A stretch of DNA of 36,164 nucleotides from Octopus bimaculoides (taxonomy: Eukaryota). The stretch covers positions 11,432,206 through 11,468,369 of the forward strand of contig NC_068995.1 in assembly GCF_001194135.2 (NCBI RefSeq). Reading direction: 5' to 3'. The notes below the pieces were generated by a model. The model was given only the letters and a program-made list of their open reading frames with translations. It ran no database searches and was not told where the DNA came from. Of this stretch, positions 1 to 13,130 are shown one piece after another (within the stretch, counting starts at the first letter, position 1; every line of letters begins with the position of its first letter). Both the position numbers and the translations under genes were made by a program.

Positions 1-630
1 TATATATATATATATATATATGTACAAGTAAATGTGTATACGCGTATACATATGCATATGTGTATCTATATATGTGTGTGTCTCTGTGTGTGTATGTGCG
101 TGTGTTTATATATATGGCTGTCATTCATTTAAAGGTCATCTTTTCAGCATGCAAATGTCATTGTGACTGTTTTTTGAGTCTCATAAGAAAAAGTGATAAT
201 GATGCCATCAATGGAAATGGTTGCGATTTGTAATTTCGTGAATGATGTGAACCTTATCAAACAATTACTTTTAAAAATCGAAGATTGTGCACTTTATTCA
301 AATGAATCCTATGATCTAATCTATAACAAATGAAATGTTCGAACCCACGAGATGAGAACACAATGAAAAAAAAAAACCCTATTTTGTTATTGTTTGTTTG
401 TTGTTGTTATTGTTGCTTTTATTTATTTTTTTTGCTTGATAATATGGAGGTCTTTTCATGGACACAGCAACTGCCTCACAATTGTGCCTCATTTTTCTGT
501 TTCGTTATTTTGAAGAAGTCAATTATTATGTTTATTTGATTTGCTCTTTCAGATGACGAATTACAAGCTTTTCAAAGCAACATGGCTTTGAACCCATACG
601 CACGCACAAACACGAATACACACACACATA

Positions 631-661
<31 letters not shown>

Positions 662-1181
662 CAACACATCCATGCACACATGCGCAGATACAAGCACACG
701 TATGTACACATATACGCACGCGAGCCCGATAATTCAATAGTATTGAAAATCAAGTTTCAGAATCGAGTTTTCATTCTTAAGGTAAACCGTAGAAGCGTTC
801 AGGACTTATTTTTNNNNNNNNNNNNNNNNNNNNNNNNNNNNNNNNNNNNNNNNNNNNNNNNNNNNNNNNNNNNNNNNNNNNNNNNNNNNNNNNNNNNNNN
901 NNNNNNNNNNNNNNNNNNNNNNNNNNNNNNNNNNNNNNNNNNNNNNNNNNNNNNNNNNNNNNNNNNNNNNNNNNNNNNNNNNNNNNNNNNNNNNNNNNNN
1001 NNNNNNNNNNNNNNNNNNNNNNNNNNNNNNNNNNNNNNNNNNNNNNNNNNNNNNNNNNNNNNNNNNNNNNNNNNNNNNNNNNNNNNNNNNNNNNNNNNNN
1101 NNNNNNNNNNNNNNNNNNNNNNNNNNNNNNNNNNNNNNNNNNNNNNNNNNNNNNNNNNNNNNNNNNNNNNNNNNNNNNNNN

Positions 1182-1228
<47 letters not shown>

Positions 1229-1704
1229 ATGTGTGTGTATGTATATATTTTCATATATACGAGCTATAGAAAAGAGCACTCAGCGCATGTCATGCAGGTT
1301 AAATATTTGCATTATCAGCATTATTTCGATCTGTATTACTTACAGTTTCAGATACGATAAACGTATATCTGTAAAACTATAAGCAATGCAAACCTAAGCG
1401 GAATTATTTATGTTTACACATGTATGCGCGCATGTGTGTTGCATTTCTATACTGTATCTCGCTGTTATTTATTCCTTACCCTCAGCGATTTTTTTTCTCA
1501 AATCTGTTGATGATTTCTTTTCCTTTTTTTTTTTCTCCTTACTCCAACATTTGCTTCTATTCATTAACAAATATTATCTCTGTCTATTATTCCCTTAACT
1601 CTAACTCTTTCTATCGCTTACTTCTCCCATGTAATCCTTCAAAATCAGTTGATATTTCTTCTCGCTGTACAGGATATTCAAAAAGAGAATTTCTTTTCCT
1701 TCGT

Positions 1705-2190
1705 CTAAACACATATTTCACTTAACAAAACCACCACATCCCAACTGCCGTCCTTTCTGTTCATCGACAAAAGATACTTCAGACCCCATCAATTATTGAC
1801 ACGCTAACAATCTAAAAGCACAAATGAAGCCCACAAAGGGAAATTTGCTCTCACATACGTAGCAGCACCACTGCTAAACACATTGACTGCATCCAGAAAA
1901 CGACCGCTCATCTGGTTTGTATAAACTCCTTCACAGACACGGTTCAGCTTTTGGCCATAGGTGCGCTGTCACCTCTCACTCTGCCCTTGCTATCACTCCT
2001 AGACGGGCCTCTGCATCTCGCAGCTGCCTGGGGTTTGCCGGCACCATTCTACCACTCTTGACCAATTCGTTTCCTCCCCGTTCAACGCACTTGTGATGTG
2101 AACTCCTCCACCCAATTAAACACTACTACGTCCAGTCCTTCCTTCCAAGGACTTCGGCCCCCTCTGAAATTCCCTCCCGTTCATGTCATT
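1705..2190 (+). mobile_element. Decayed CR1-group non-LTR retrotransposon (LINE), C-terminal part of ORF2
   Basis: Manual translation across frameshifts and stops gives KHIFHLTK..SFLFIDKRYFRPHQLLT..KAQMKPT..CSHIRSSTTAKHIDCIQKTTAHLV..FTDTVQLLA..YHS*TGLCISQL..QSFLPRTSA..NSLP. This follows the CR1-type ORF2 tail (LYKAQIRPxMEYCSHIW..LDRIQ..YYHGLCS..SFFPRTSxLWNSLP) in the right order. Locally higher GC. Confidence 0.8.
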
Positions 2191-2667
2191 GACTTGTAAA
2201 TATTAAAGATTAAAGTTGAAGACAACAAATTATTCGGTCCAGAAAGGCCATCCTCCTTTCGCTAGGTCTAGCAAGTAATACAAATAATGAAAAAATAATT
2301 GGAAAAAAAAGCCTCAATAATATTACGTTTCTCAAGCTGTTTGTTTTACTATTCTCCAATAGAGAACGTTATTAGTTTTCTTACATACTAATGTTTTACT
2401 GGAAAACTGTTGACCAAATGCAGCTTTTCTTCAAGATACGAAGTATATCTGCCCTTGGCTACAAAAAACAAAAACAAAAAAAAACTGAACTAGCAAATGT
2501 AACGATACATGTTTCTTGATTTGAACAACTTAATACAACAATTTAACGAGACATTTTTCAGTTCTATGGTGCTGTTGTTGCTTAGTTGCTTAGCGATGGA
2601 TCATACAAAGTCCCTCGATGTACGTACTTGCAGTTATGAAATTTAGACAAAGCCAATGGGCGCACTG

Positions 2668-2790
2668 TGAAGGTGCGTGGACTTGTGGTTAGCAAGTTGC
2701 ATTCAAGATCGTATGATCGTGATTTCGATTACTGGAAGGGTCAGTGCGTTGTGTCCTTGAGCAGTAATTCAGTCAGCCGTAAATATGTGT
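2668..2790 (+). mobile_element. tRNA-derived SINE (family C), 5' part
   Basis: gaaggtgcgtggacttgtggttag A-box-like head, degenerate B box, then cagtgcgttgtgtccttgagca. Same layout as 5920-6060 and, reversed, as 14165-14460 and 17825-18170. Confidence 0.65.
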
Positions 2791-5700
2791 CATCAATAAC
2801 TAGGAAGATTAGCTCATGACGGATCGGCTTCCCATTCTGGGTAAGTGGACAGACGTCAACCTCAGTCACTTATACACCATGTAAACCTCGTTAAGCTTCG
2901 GCCTTATGAACCCTAAGAGCTCATTATAAATATACAACACATTAGCACACCTCATGGATACAATACGTGAGTACATTACACCTGGATAGAATATGTACAC
3001 AAAACAGGTAAATGCATAATCAACAAAACCCGACACATATTTCTGCCGGATATTGTGTAAGCTATCTTATGTGTCCTACAGTTAGTCACCAGATAAATAA
3101 TAAGCAAGAAAAAAATAAAACACACACAAAAGTACATTATTCGCCGTGTTTGACTCTGAATCGGATCACAATAGGAATGTATTTAACTATAATATGAATG
3201 TAATTAAGATTGTTAAAGCCAACGAGGGAGCCTCTGCGTAAGTTGATATTATCATTCAGAATAGAAAATGATGGAATAAAATTATAGCAAATGCTTTGGA
3301 TTCTATCAATGAACAGTTGTTAAGCTTATTCGGTTGATGAAATAGTTCTTTATAACTTTAGGCTAATTTGAACTATTGTAAACTGAGGTAATGCTACAAT
3401 ACCGCCACAGGGGGAAAAATGAAATGACGAGATTTAGATTATTAATGAACAGCCTTGAAGTAGTTTCGTTTTCAATACTCAGCCCTTTGAGAATTTGTTT
3501 TCTATATCAAGCATTTTGATGGGGTTTGTTGCAAATAAAAGAACTGTTTCTTCTCCAGAATCCTAGCGACCCATTGGGAAATTCGTTCCTGTCTTTTGTC
3601 TGTCATTTTAAACATCCAGAGACCGACATATTTTGTTAGTGCATTATGCTTTTGCAAAACGGAATTAAATTGTATTGTTAAGAGCACTTATTGATATTAT
3701 TGTTTTATTCGTCTAAATGAACTTCGTATAAATCGAATTATATTATTGGACATTTCTTGCTCTTTTCGTACTATTTCTATGGCATGATGAACCATTGAAA
3801 AGGAGAAATCACCTACTATTCTCTCCTGATTAAGATGTGAGTAATAACAAAATTGTTAAACTGTATATTGTGCTTTGTTAGACATTTATGAGTCGCTCCG
3901 AACGATTATGCCAATGGAAGTTTTAGCATTGAATATAATACCACAGTGACTTGGTCGTTAAATCACCAGTAGCTCCAGCCGAAGCGAGCGATTGTTAGAG
4001 GTGCTGAACTATTTCCGATATTGCAAGGAAATTGTCGCTGAGGGTATGCTGTTAATCAATATATTGACCGTCATGTAAACTACTTTCGATAATATATGTC
4101 AGCTTTAGATCAATGAAAACTAATCATGGAAGTGAAACACGTTCTAATAGCATTATAATGATTACTTAATCAAAATAGCTTAGGACTAAATATAGTTAAT
4201 AACGAATTCATTACCATGACGACTTCTATTGCATTTAGCCTGTCAATTCAGGAAAAAGAAAAAGAAGAAATTGTCAAGCGGAGAAATTGTTAATTACATC
4301 AATATTCTAATCAATGTTTGGTATGCATTACGTTGAAAACCACCTCATTCGGCTCAGTTTTTGTGTGCTGCGAAATTTAGTGTGGTGACTTCAAGTCTTT
4401 GTTGCAATTGAAAGGCGGTTTAAAATACATGTAGTTAATTTACTTTTCCACAATTTTTATTAGGCTTTCACTTGAATTCATTCAGTCATAGTGAGGCCAC
4501 GTTTGGTATCATATGTGATCAACAAAATTGGTTGCACCAGGACAAATAAAACGAGCGCCTCTATTATTCTGCTCTATGGCGGTGAGAGGATTTCAATTCA
4601 ATAATACAAGCTAAAGAAACTCTCTTCAATTACACAGTGCTGCTGCCTCTTATTTTTAATATAGAGCTGCAAGCTATTCACGGATCCTATTTATAGTATT
4701 TTTATAAAATGTCACGAACCTGTTCATAGTACAGCGTTGACTAGACAGTCATGAAGCGTTAGTCTTTCTTTTTTTATGCTCATATTCTCTATCGATGCAT
4801 CATCATTACTTATTTTAAATGAATCATCCGTCGTAAACGACGATGAACATTCTCATTCCTCGATTTACCGATCATTATATTCATTGGAATTTAACACGTG
4901 ATGGCTGACAACTCCACAGACACGGATAACCTTAACGTAATTCTTCGGTAGGATCAGAGTAAAACACTGTACGAAAATGTTGGTCAGTTGAATTTCAGGT
5001 AGAACCGATATGACGGGATTCAACACAATCTCCGTCATTTCGATTTCATTCACAAGTTCAAAGAGGTCGCCTCGAGTGTTATGAGACGTTTCGGCATAGT
5101 CTTTGTGGCGCCGCTTGCTTGACGTCACTAGTTTAACGCTTATTTGACATCAGACTTTTTAATGTTTCTCTCGTTCTCTTCCTTCCTCTTTCTCTCTAAT
5201 GTGTACGTTCCTGTGCCTGCTTATGTGTCTGTTTTCATATCCACTTCCAGTGCCAAAACATTCCTTCGCTAAAACGGTTTCATTGTCCATTCAGCCGTGC
5301 CATATCGTCAGTGACATATCAGCCGTGTCCAGTTTTTGCATTCCGAACTCCTAGGCTATGGGAAAGAAACTTGTCCAAGATATTATGTAGCAAGATCGAA
5401 CACGGAACTGTAATTTTGCCAATCGAACTACTTAACTGATTCGTTGTATATGCGTCTCCACGTAGGTTGTAATTAACTTTACAAATGAATGAATGTATAA
5501 AACACCCCAAATCTCCCCCACCACTTCTCTTTCTTTTCTCATATTTTGTTGCTAGCTTCGAATAGTTTGAAATAGTTAAACTGACGTTTGATAATTAGCT
5601 CTTTGTGTGAGACCGGATTCTAATAACATAACACTCCGATCATTAAAACTGATATTCTGGCAAAGGAATTTGTAATAAAGACATACATTAACGATGCAAA

Positions 5701-5919
5701 TGAAGTGAAATAGAAATAAAAAGATTCTGGAATCAAATTGACGTTAGCTTGTGTCTTAATCTATGCTACTTTCCAAAATATTAAGAAGTGCTTTCCAAAA
5801 CCGAACAGAGCAGCGTTAGAACATATTCTTAGTCTGATTTACGTCCTGTGCTCAATTCAACTTCACGGTTTCTATAAGCAATAGAAGTATTTTAACTTCA
5901 TTTAGAGAAAATATATGAA

Positions 5920-6060
5920 GTGTGAAGGCGCCTGGACTGGTGGTTAGGCTGCTGCACTTACGATCGCTAGATGGCAGGTTCGCTTCCCAGACTGGGCATT
6001 GTGCGCGTTGTTCTTGAGCAAAAATGCTCCATTTTACATTGCTCCAGTCCCGATTTCGAT
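5920..6060 (+). mobile_element. tRNA-derived SINE (family C), 5' part
   Basis: gaaggcgcctggactggtggttagg...ggttcgcttccc...gcgttgttcttgagcaaaa...ttgctccagtcc; A and B boxes plus a central motif shared with the other copies. Confidence 0.7.
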
Positions 6061-6728
6061 TAGGTGGGGAATGTTGTCCCGCTGACCGCCTCGTCAGCGG
6101 AGTGGCGGGTGTTGTTATCTGAACAATAGTGGACATTGTTAGACGTGACGGTAAGTTGATCGTGGATTGGTCAAGAGATGCGAGGACAAAATCAAACACA
6201 GCGATAACTTATTGTTGATGGATCATTGGATGACTGTCCACGCTGCGATAAGGTGTGACAAAGAAACCCAAATTAATAAGATAAGTAACGGAGAGACAAA
6301 AAGGAAGAGAGGCATGCAAGTGATCGAACAGTGAATCAAATTAGTAAATGTAGAGAGTTGAAGATTACAAAAGACTTGGTTATTTTGTGAGTGGCATCGA
6401 TGTGAGGAACGTGTGAGAGCCAAAAAAGAGTCGTGAACACTGTAGTGTCTGAAGATATTAACATCGGAGAGGTATTTGTCCTCACTACAGGAAGAGATAT
6501 AACGGAAGATTTTGTCAGTAGTTTTAGGAATTCGATGGTCGGTAGACGAATTGGTGGAAGAATTGGTGAAGGAGATTTTGAATCAGCGTAGCAGAAAAAC
6601 CTTTATTTCCCGATAACTGTGTAAATTGTGTAGCTCAGATAACAGAAACCAACAGAAATGAAAGGTTAATTCAGTTTGAATATCAGTGTAGTTTAAAGAG
6701 ATTACGTAGTTAAAGTAATAAAATTTAA

Positions 6729-6962
6729 GGCGGTGAGCTGGCAGAAACGTTAGCACGCCGGGCAAAATGCTTAACGGTGGTTCGTCTGCCGTTACGTTCT
6801 GAGTTCAAATTCCGCCAAGGTCGACTTTGCCTTTCATCCTTTCGGGGTCGATAAATTAAGTACCAGTTACGCACTGGGGTAGATGTAATCGACTTAATCC
6901 CTTTGTCTGTTCTTGTTTGTCCCCTCTGTGTTTAGCCCCTTGTGGGCAATAATGAAATAAGA
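6729..6962 (+). mobile_element. Full-length tRNA-derived SINE (family A, tail type 1)
   Basis: ggcggtgagctggcagaaacgttagc head, gagttcaaattcc B box, core ctttcatcctttcggggtcgataaattaagtaccag, tail tgtttgtcccctctgtgtttagccccttgtgggcaat. Closely similar to the copy at 24178-24410. Confidence 0.9.
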
Positions 6963-7533
6963 CGCTCGGCTCATACAAGTTAATCCATAATCATTCTGGA
7001 GAATTTCATAAGTTTCAACACAAAGCTGCAATGCCTAGTGAGCTTACAAATTGTCTTCACATGCTGACTGCATTTTGCAAATTAGTCAGCTGTGACAAAT
7101 AGTGTCAAGGTGGTTGCATTCAAATTGCTGTTTCATGCGTTTCATTCAATCTGGAACAACAAAAGTTTACAGATCAGCTTATTAGATGTATAGCAAAAAT
7201 ATACAAAACTTACAACAATCTTAGGACAGTTATAACTACTTCTCCCAAAAAAGCCACAAACCTCTTGAATGCACATCGTATATTTGGTGTGGATTCAACT
7301 GTTAATTTAGTTTTATGTGTTGAGGTAAATAAAGTGTGTTTGTGAGCAATGTGGTCATTGTAACCTCTTGCTGGGAGCACGCTCCGAATGCTTTAAGTAA
7401 GGAGAACTCCCATTCTTGGCATGGATGGGCAGAAGATGGCGTTAAGCACGATGGCATGATGTCCTACCAGCACCAAATTTAATAATAAACGAGGGGAACA
7501 TCTACGTCAAATACAACAAAACACCATCATATA

Positions 7534-7538
<5 letters not shown>

Positions 7539-7567
<29 letters not shown>

Positions 7568-7642
7568 TGCACCCACTCGTGTGTTTTGTGTGTGTGTTTA
7601 TATAAATAATGATTTGTATGTATGTATATACACAGACATACG

Positions 7643-7678
<36 letters not shown>

Positions 7679-7681
7679 CAT

Positions 7682-7752
<71 letters not shown>

Positions 7753-7943
7753 NNNNNNNNNNNNNNNNNNNNNNNNNNNNNNNNNNNNNNNNNNNNNNNN
7801 NNNNNNNNNNNNNNNNNNNNNNNNNNNNNNNNNNNNNNNNNNNNNNNNNNNNNNNNNNNNNNNNNNNNNNNNNNNNNNNNNNNNNNNNNNNNNNNNNNNN
7901 NNNNNNNNNNNNNNNNNNNNNNNNNNNNNNNNNNNNNNNNNNN

Positions 7944-7993
<50 letters not shown>

Positions 7994-8001
7994 AATATAT
8001 G

Positions 8002-8048
<47 letters not shown>

Positions 8049-8124
8049 GTATGTATGCATATATATATATACATACATGCATATATACATGCATTCATAT
8101 ATACATACATACGTACATACAAAG

Positions 8125-8160
<36 letters not shown>
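7539..8160. repeat. Compound (TG)/(TA)/(CA) microsatellite cluster around gap 7753-7943
   Basis: Direct reading. Similar clusters occur at 1-110, 620-660, 1182-1250, 19365-19530, 20883-21050, 23280-23710, 28540-28740 and 31420-32230. Confidence 0.95.
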
Positions 8161-8779
8161 GTTCCAACGTAGCTTATTTTATCGTTCTCCGGGTTTTGCA
8201 GATAACATATATTTACCATAACTTTAGTAATAAAAAGACCAAAGACGGTAATGAGAGAAAACGTGTGCCCAGGAAAGACAGAAAAAGGGAGGGAGAGAGA
8301 GAGAGAGGAGAGAGTGAGAGGAGGAGGAGAGAGAGAGAGTCACATCAATATATAAAGATAGGTGTATAATTGTTCGTTATGTGAGTCCTACGTTGTGTCC
8401 ATGGACAGATAATGCACTTAAATCTTGCTAACTCCATTCATATAGCTGTAACATAGATACTGTATGATGGTATATCTCATCGCTATAAACATTGGATGGA
8501 ATATCTAATTGATTGCCGTTTCGTTGTCTTACAGTTGGTTGTTTAAAGCTACCAGTGCGCATGGTTTGTAGACACATAAGTACTAGTGACGAAACAAATT
8601 TAAACCGTGCAGAACTTTATCTATAATAAAGTGTTCCATGAAATACTTAAAGATTTTTTATATAGATATGTCTATCATTAATGAGCTACAAATAAAACGG
8701 GATTTGAATTTTTAAAAAAATGAAATAAAAGAGAAATCGATTAGTTAATTGGTTAAACATTAATGGATTGACTAATAAT

Positions 8780-8932
8780 GATTCTTTCTACTAAAGGTAC
8801 AAAGTTTGAAATTTTAGGGGAGGGGACTAGTCGATTATATCGACCCCGGTGTTTCACTGGTACTTAATTTATTGACCCCGAAAGGATAAAAGGCAAAGTC
8901 GTCTTCAGCGGAATTTGAACTCAGAACGTAAA
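8780..8932 (-). mobile_element. SINE family A, 5'-truncated, tail type 2
   Basis: Reverse complement contains the B box gagttcaaattccgc, the core ttttatcctttcggggtcaataaattaagtaccag and the tail aaaatttcaaactttgtacctttagtagaaag, as in 26141-26352. Confidence 0.8.
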
Positions 8933-10011
8933 GAGCTTGATTTTAAGAATTGTGGGTATTTACTTGCTAGCTATCCACAGTGTTTTGTTGTACGTAAAGT
9001 GCAGTTACGACATGTTCAGCTGAATGTATTTACTTTCGTGGTAATTATCCATCTTATATTGTGGGAGTAATCTATTACATCCCAATTTAAGCTTCTAATG
9101 CCGTTTGACTGTGAAGTGAACTTATGTGCAAGATGTGCAATATTTGCTAAGGCCGATAAACGTTTTTCATTTTCTTCTCTGCCGCGTAGGTATTTAGAGC
9201 ATCAGCTCTATACAAGTCATTTTCGAGGTAATTTTTCTCAAGGAGACATTCGGAATTGTATCTATAGTTACATCCATGGAGGAACGCTTGTACATTGCCT
9301 CTTGCTTCTCTATTGTGGTAGAGTAATTGACATTCTATATTGTCTCGACAAGTATAGGTAAATTCTACAGAAATTCTGTGAGAAAAAAAAATTGTGGATT
9401 TTATGGGTACGAAGACGTGCATATCTTCGAAGGTTAATCAAGGTGTAGCTATAATTCTAGCAACAGTCATACAGAAGGGAGGATTTAATGGTTTGGTATC
9501 TTTGCCTTATGGTCTAGTTGTTCAAGTGCAGGTTGGTTCTAGATTGAAACCACTCCCTTTTAATACACTATTATAATATGGAGTAGTCTAGCACATTAGG
9601 CGAGAGTACTCGTACGTTTCCTCTAAACTGCACAGGATAAGAAACCCAAACTGCATGCAACAGAGTGCAGCCTGCGTTCTACCGTATCATCGTGTTGTGA
9701 GTGCATCTTATATATAACGAAATTTTAAGCGTTGCACAATGATGATTAATCGGTTGAGGAAGAAGTAATCCTAAACCGGACCTACACATCGATAAGCTCT
9801 CGTAGTTACTCGCTAGGTGGTATTTCTCTAAGTTTCCACCCAGACATGCGATTCAAAAAAATATTAGATACGCATTCGTTTCCACATAAACTGCAAAGAT
9901 CTTTAAAATATTCTCATGAAACGTAGTAAATAGAAAATGGTATTTTCAGAATTCACTGCATTAACCGAATGCATAAGTCGCAGACAACTATGATTTAAAA
10001 TTAACCATCAC

Positions 10012-10200
10012 AGGTAGATGTAGACCTCTGTGTTGAGTCTGAGGCCGTGTGGTAAGATGGATGGAGGCATAACGTCGTCATCACTAGTGATCCCTCCAAA
10101 CACCATGATGTTGACTGGATGTTCGATTCTTTATAACTCTTGGTACATGTTTTGGGGACACGGCAAGCCAACGTCTGTTCTGTGTGTTCACCAATTGTTC
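10012..10200 (-). mobile_element. Tc1/mariner transposase fragment (DDD core, maT/DD37D-like), frameshifted
   Basis: Minus strand reads QLVNTQNRRWLAVSPKHVPRVIK then, after a frameshift, HPVNIMVFGGITSDDDVMPPSILPHGLRLNTEVYI. This matches the segment between the first and second catalytic D of maT-like transposases (NxQNxR..HPxxxMVxGxxTSDG). Confidence 0.75.
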
Positions 10201-10484
10201 GTATTGGAGTTTCCAGCGCGAATGCCAAGCAGTACAGCATGTCGTTTCCAAATTCCCAGCAGAGTGAATTGCATCATTGTTTTTTTTCCCCACAAACGGT
10301 ACCCAACCGACGCCACTATGCTGAGTAGTCGACAAAATCAAAAACAAACAATACACATGCGCGAAATCAAAGATATAAAAGGGCAACAATTTACCCATCA
10401 CCCCCTGTCTCTCTCTCTCTCTCTCTNNNNNNNNNNNNNNNNNNNNNNNNNNNNNNTATATATATATATATATATATATGTCTG

Positions 10485-10677
10485 TGTTTGTCCCCCAAAC
10501 ATCGCTTGACAACCGGTGCTGGTGTGTTTACGTACCCGTAACTTAGCGGTTCGGCAAAAGAGACTGATAGAATAAGTACTAGGCTTCCAAAGAATAAGTG
10601 TTGGGGTCGACTTGCTCGACTAAAGGCGGTGCTCCAGCATGGTCACAGTCAAATGACTGAAACAAGTAAAAGAGTAG
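10485..10677 (+). mobile_element. SINE family B, 3' half (follows a TA tract and gap)
   Basis: tttgtccccc..cgcttgacaaccggtgctggtgtgtttacgtacccgtaacttagcggttcggcaaaagag..gataagtact..ggtgctccagcatgg; homologous to 14960-15155 and 28100-28290. Confidence 0.8.
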
Positions 10678-11349
10678 AGAGTAAGAGTATACATATATAT
10701 ATATATCTGTAAATAAAATGTGACATTTATTCGGTAGCCATGATGAAACTCCGAGTTTTGGATGTCGGGACCGAAACACACGCCGCCATCTCTTCAGTTA
10801 TCTGGCCAGTTATCCGGTGACTTATATATAAAATCACCCCCCCCCCCCCGTCCTTAGCAACACAGCATTAATACTAAAACACTCGGGATATGGGAGAAGA
10901 ATTGCTAAGATTAACTCCGAGACGGAAGATATTGATTTAATTGAAAATAAAGCAAATTTCTGGCAAATGAATTTAGTATAATTTTAGGATGTGTTCGATA
11001 TTTCTTAATTGGTTTACATCATTGTTATTGAATGATTAAAATATTTGATTCTTTGCGCTACCCTGCTAATTCCTTGAGAGGAAGTGATTATCTATAGCTT
11101 CTTTGTTTATTTTTGTTTTGTTTTTACTTTTCTTTTCAGGCTTTTTTATTCAAGAACTTTTATATCTTTGTTCCAGATGGCTTCCCTTTCTACGTATTTG
11201 TTTTTTTTTTACGTTGTTGTTGTTGTTTGTCGTTTATATTTCTGTGGTATGGAGAAGATAGCTCAATCAAAGTAGTTGTGTGTATGTAGTGTCATAATTG
11301 CAATGATATCGCTGTGAAGCAGGTAAACAAATATAAAAATGATTAATGG

Positions 11350-11520
11350 GAGAGAGAGAAACAGACAGAGAGCGATAGACTGAGAGAGAGCGACAGAGAG
11401 AGAGAGACAGACAGAGAGAGAAACGGAGAGAGAAAGACTGAGAGAGAGAGAGAGAGAGAGAGAGACAGAAGGAGAAACGGAAAAAGAAAGACTGAATGAG
11501 AGAGAAGCGAAGAGAGACGT
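11350..11520. repeat. Imperfect (AG)n / (AGAC)n low-complexity tract
   Basis: Direct reading of a purine-rich dinucleotide tract. Confidence 0.9.
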
Positions 11521-12402
11521 CGAAGGGAAAATTTAGCGTGATATTTATTTTGAGCTNNNNNNNNNNNNNNNNNNNNNNNNNNNNNNNNNNNNNNNNNNNN
11601 NNNNNNNNNNNNNNNNNNNNNNNNNNNNNNNNNNNNNNNNNNNNNNNNNNNNNNNNNNNNNNNNNNNNNNNNNNNNNNNNNNNNNNNNNNNNNNNNNNNN
11701 NNNNNNNNNNNNNNNNNNNNNNNNNNNNNNNNNNNNNNNNNNNNNNNNNNNNNNNNNNNNNNNNNNNNNNNNNNNNNNNNNNNNNNNNNNNNNNNNNNNN
11801 NNNNNNNNNNNNNNNNNNNNNNNNNNNNNNNNNNNNNNNNNNNNNNNNNNNNNNNNNNNNNNNNNNNNNNNNNNNNNNNNNNNNNNNNNNNNNNNNNNNN
11901 NNNNNNNNNNNNNNNNNNNNNNNNNNNNNNNNNNNNNNNNNNNNNNNNNNNNNNNNNNNNNNNNNNNNNNNNNNNNNNNNNNNNNNNNNNNNNNNNNNNN
12001 NNNNNNNNNNNNNNNNNNNNNNNNNNNNNNNNNNNNNNNNNNNNNNNNNNNNNNNNNNNNNNNNNNNNNNNNNNNNNNNNNNNNNNNNNNNNNNNNNNNN
12101 NNNNNNNNNNNNNNNNNNNNNNNNNNNNNNNNNNNNNNNNNNNNNNNNNNNNNNNNNNNNNNNNNNNNNNNNNNNNNNNNNNNNNNNNNNNNNNNNNNNN
12201 NNNNNNNNNNNNNNNNNNNNNNNNNNNNNNNNNNNNNNNNNNNNNNNNNNNNNNNNNNNNNNNNNNNNNNNNNNNNNNNNNNNNNNNNNNNNNNNNNNNN
12301 NNNNNNNNNNNNNNNNNNNNNNNNNNNNNNNNNNNNNNNNNNNNNNNNNNNNNNNNNNNNNNNNNNNNNNNNNNNNNNNNNNNNNNNNNNNNNNNNNNNN
12401 NN

Positions 12403-12440
<38 letters not shown>

Positions 12441-12481
12441 GTATGTGTGTGTGTGTGTGTAGAAAGAGAGAAAGAGAGATA

Positions 12482-12551
12482 ATGAGTAAACGGAAGAGAG
12501 AAAAAAAGCGTGCTGAAGATACCGAGGAATCCGTAACAAACCGAGAAAGAG
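12482..12551 (+). CDS. Possible first coding exon (MSKRKREKKRAEDTEESVTNRER)
   Basis: ATG at 12482 with an in-frame stop-free run of 70 nt, ending at a near-perfect donor GAG|GTGAGT (intron from 12552). It sits in AG-rich sequence, so K/R/E richness could be chance. Confidence 0.2.
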
Positions 12552-13034
12552 GTGAGTGGAAGATATAATCCCGCCATAGTTAAAGAAAGAAACCAGACAA
12601 CCAAATGGTGAAAACAGAAAGCGGTGACCAACTAAAGAGAGTGAGAGCGAGACAGAAGGAGAGAAAGAGAGAGGGAGAAAGAGAGAGATAGAGAGAGGAA
12701 AAAAGAAAGAGGAAGAAATAGAGGTGGGAGGGTCATTAAATTGATTATTTTCATAAGTGACCGATTGTTTTGCCATCATTATACGGATGATTGGTCGCTG
12801 AAACGTAAATAATCTCTCATTATATTAAGTTTTATTTTGAGCCGAGTTTAATTTTACAGACCAGATACTGTTTTGTCAGTCGTGACAAAAAGTGAAAATG
12901 ATTGCTTTTAATTTCATATAATTTTTAAATACATCGTTTCCTAGACGAAGCTTATTTCATATGTTACAGTGGAGTGTTAGAGTGATTGCTTAAAACCTGA
13001 TGGTGTGTCGGATCGACTTCTGACACTTGATAAC

Positions 13035-13130
13035 ATATTAGAGCGGTGGTTGGTTATTTAACCCCAGGTCAGGACTGGTCCAGCAGAGGTATGATCAGAG
13101 ACGTTTTATTCGTGAATATCCCATTTTTTT
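13035..13130 (-). mobile_element. SINE-like family D, 3' tail
   Basis: ttggttatttaaccccaggtcagg..gaggtatgatcagagacgtt..gtgaatatccc resembles the family D sequence at 35842-35930 in the same orientation. Confidence 0.55.

Noticed and set aside
3559-3948. Possible exon pair (NPSDPLGNSF..DIF / YIYESLRTIMPMEVLALNIIPQ*), and TGA read as selenocysteine
   Set aside because: Competing frames and strands are equally plausible, no family is recognisable and no SECIS-like structure was seen.
6445-6530. GRDITEDF resembling the cytochrome b5 GxDATxxF motif
   Set aside because: The HPGG heme ligand motif is absent and there is no splice support.
6729-6810. tRNA-like A/B boxes here and in other SINE heads
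   Set aside because: They are followed by SINE core and tail, occur as many diverged copies and give no complete cloverleaf, so they are not tRNA genes.
8536-9358. Strong acceptors at about 8535 and 9189 followed by short frames
   Set aside because: No consistent phase chain or recognisable peptide. They may be UTR exons but cannot be supported from sequence alone.
10735-10815. Hammerhead-ribozyme-like tgatga..stem..gaaac, as in Penelope elements
   Set aside because: The core C of CUGANGA is missing, the base of stem II is mismatched and stem III is not evident. At best a dead remnant.
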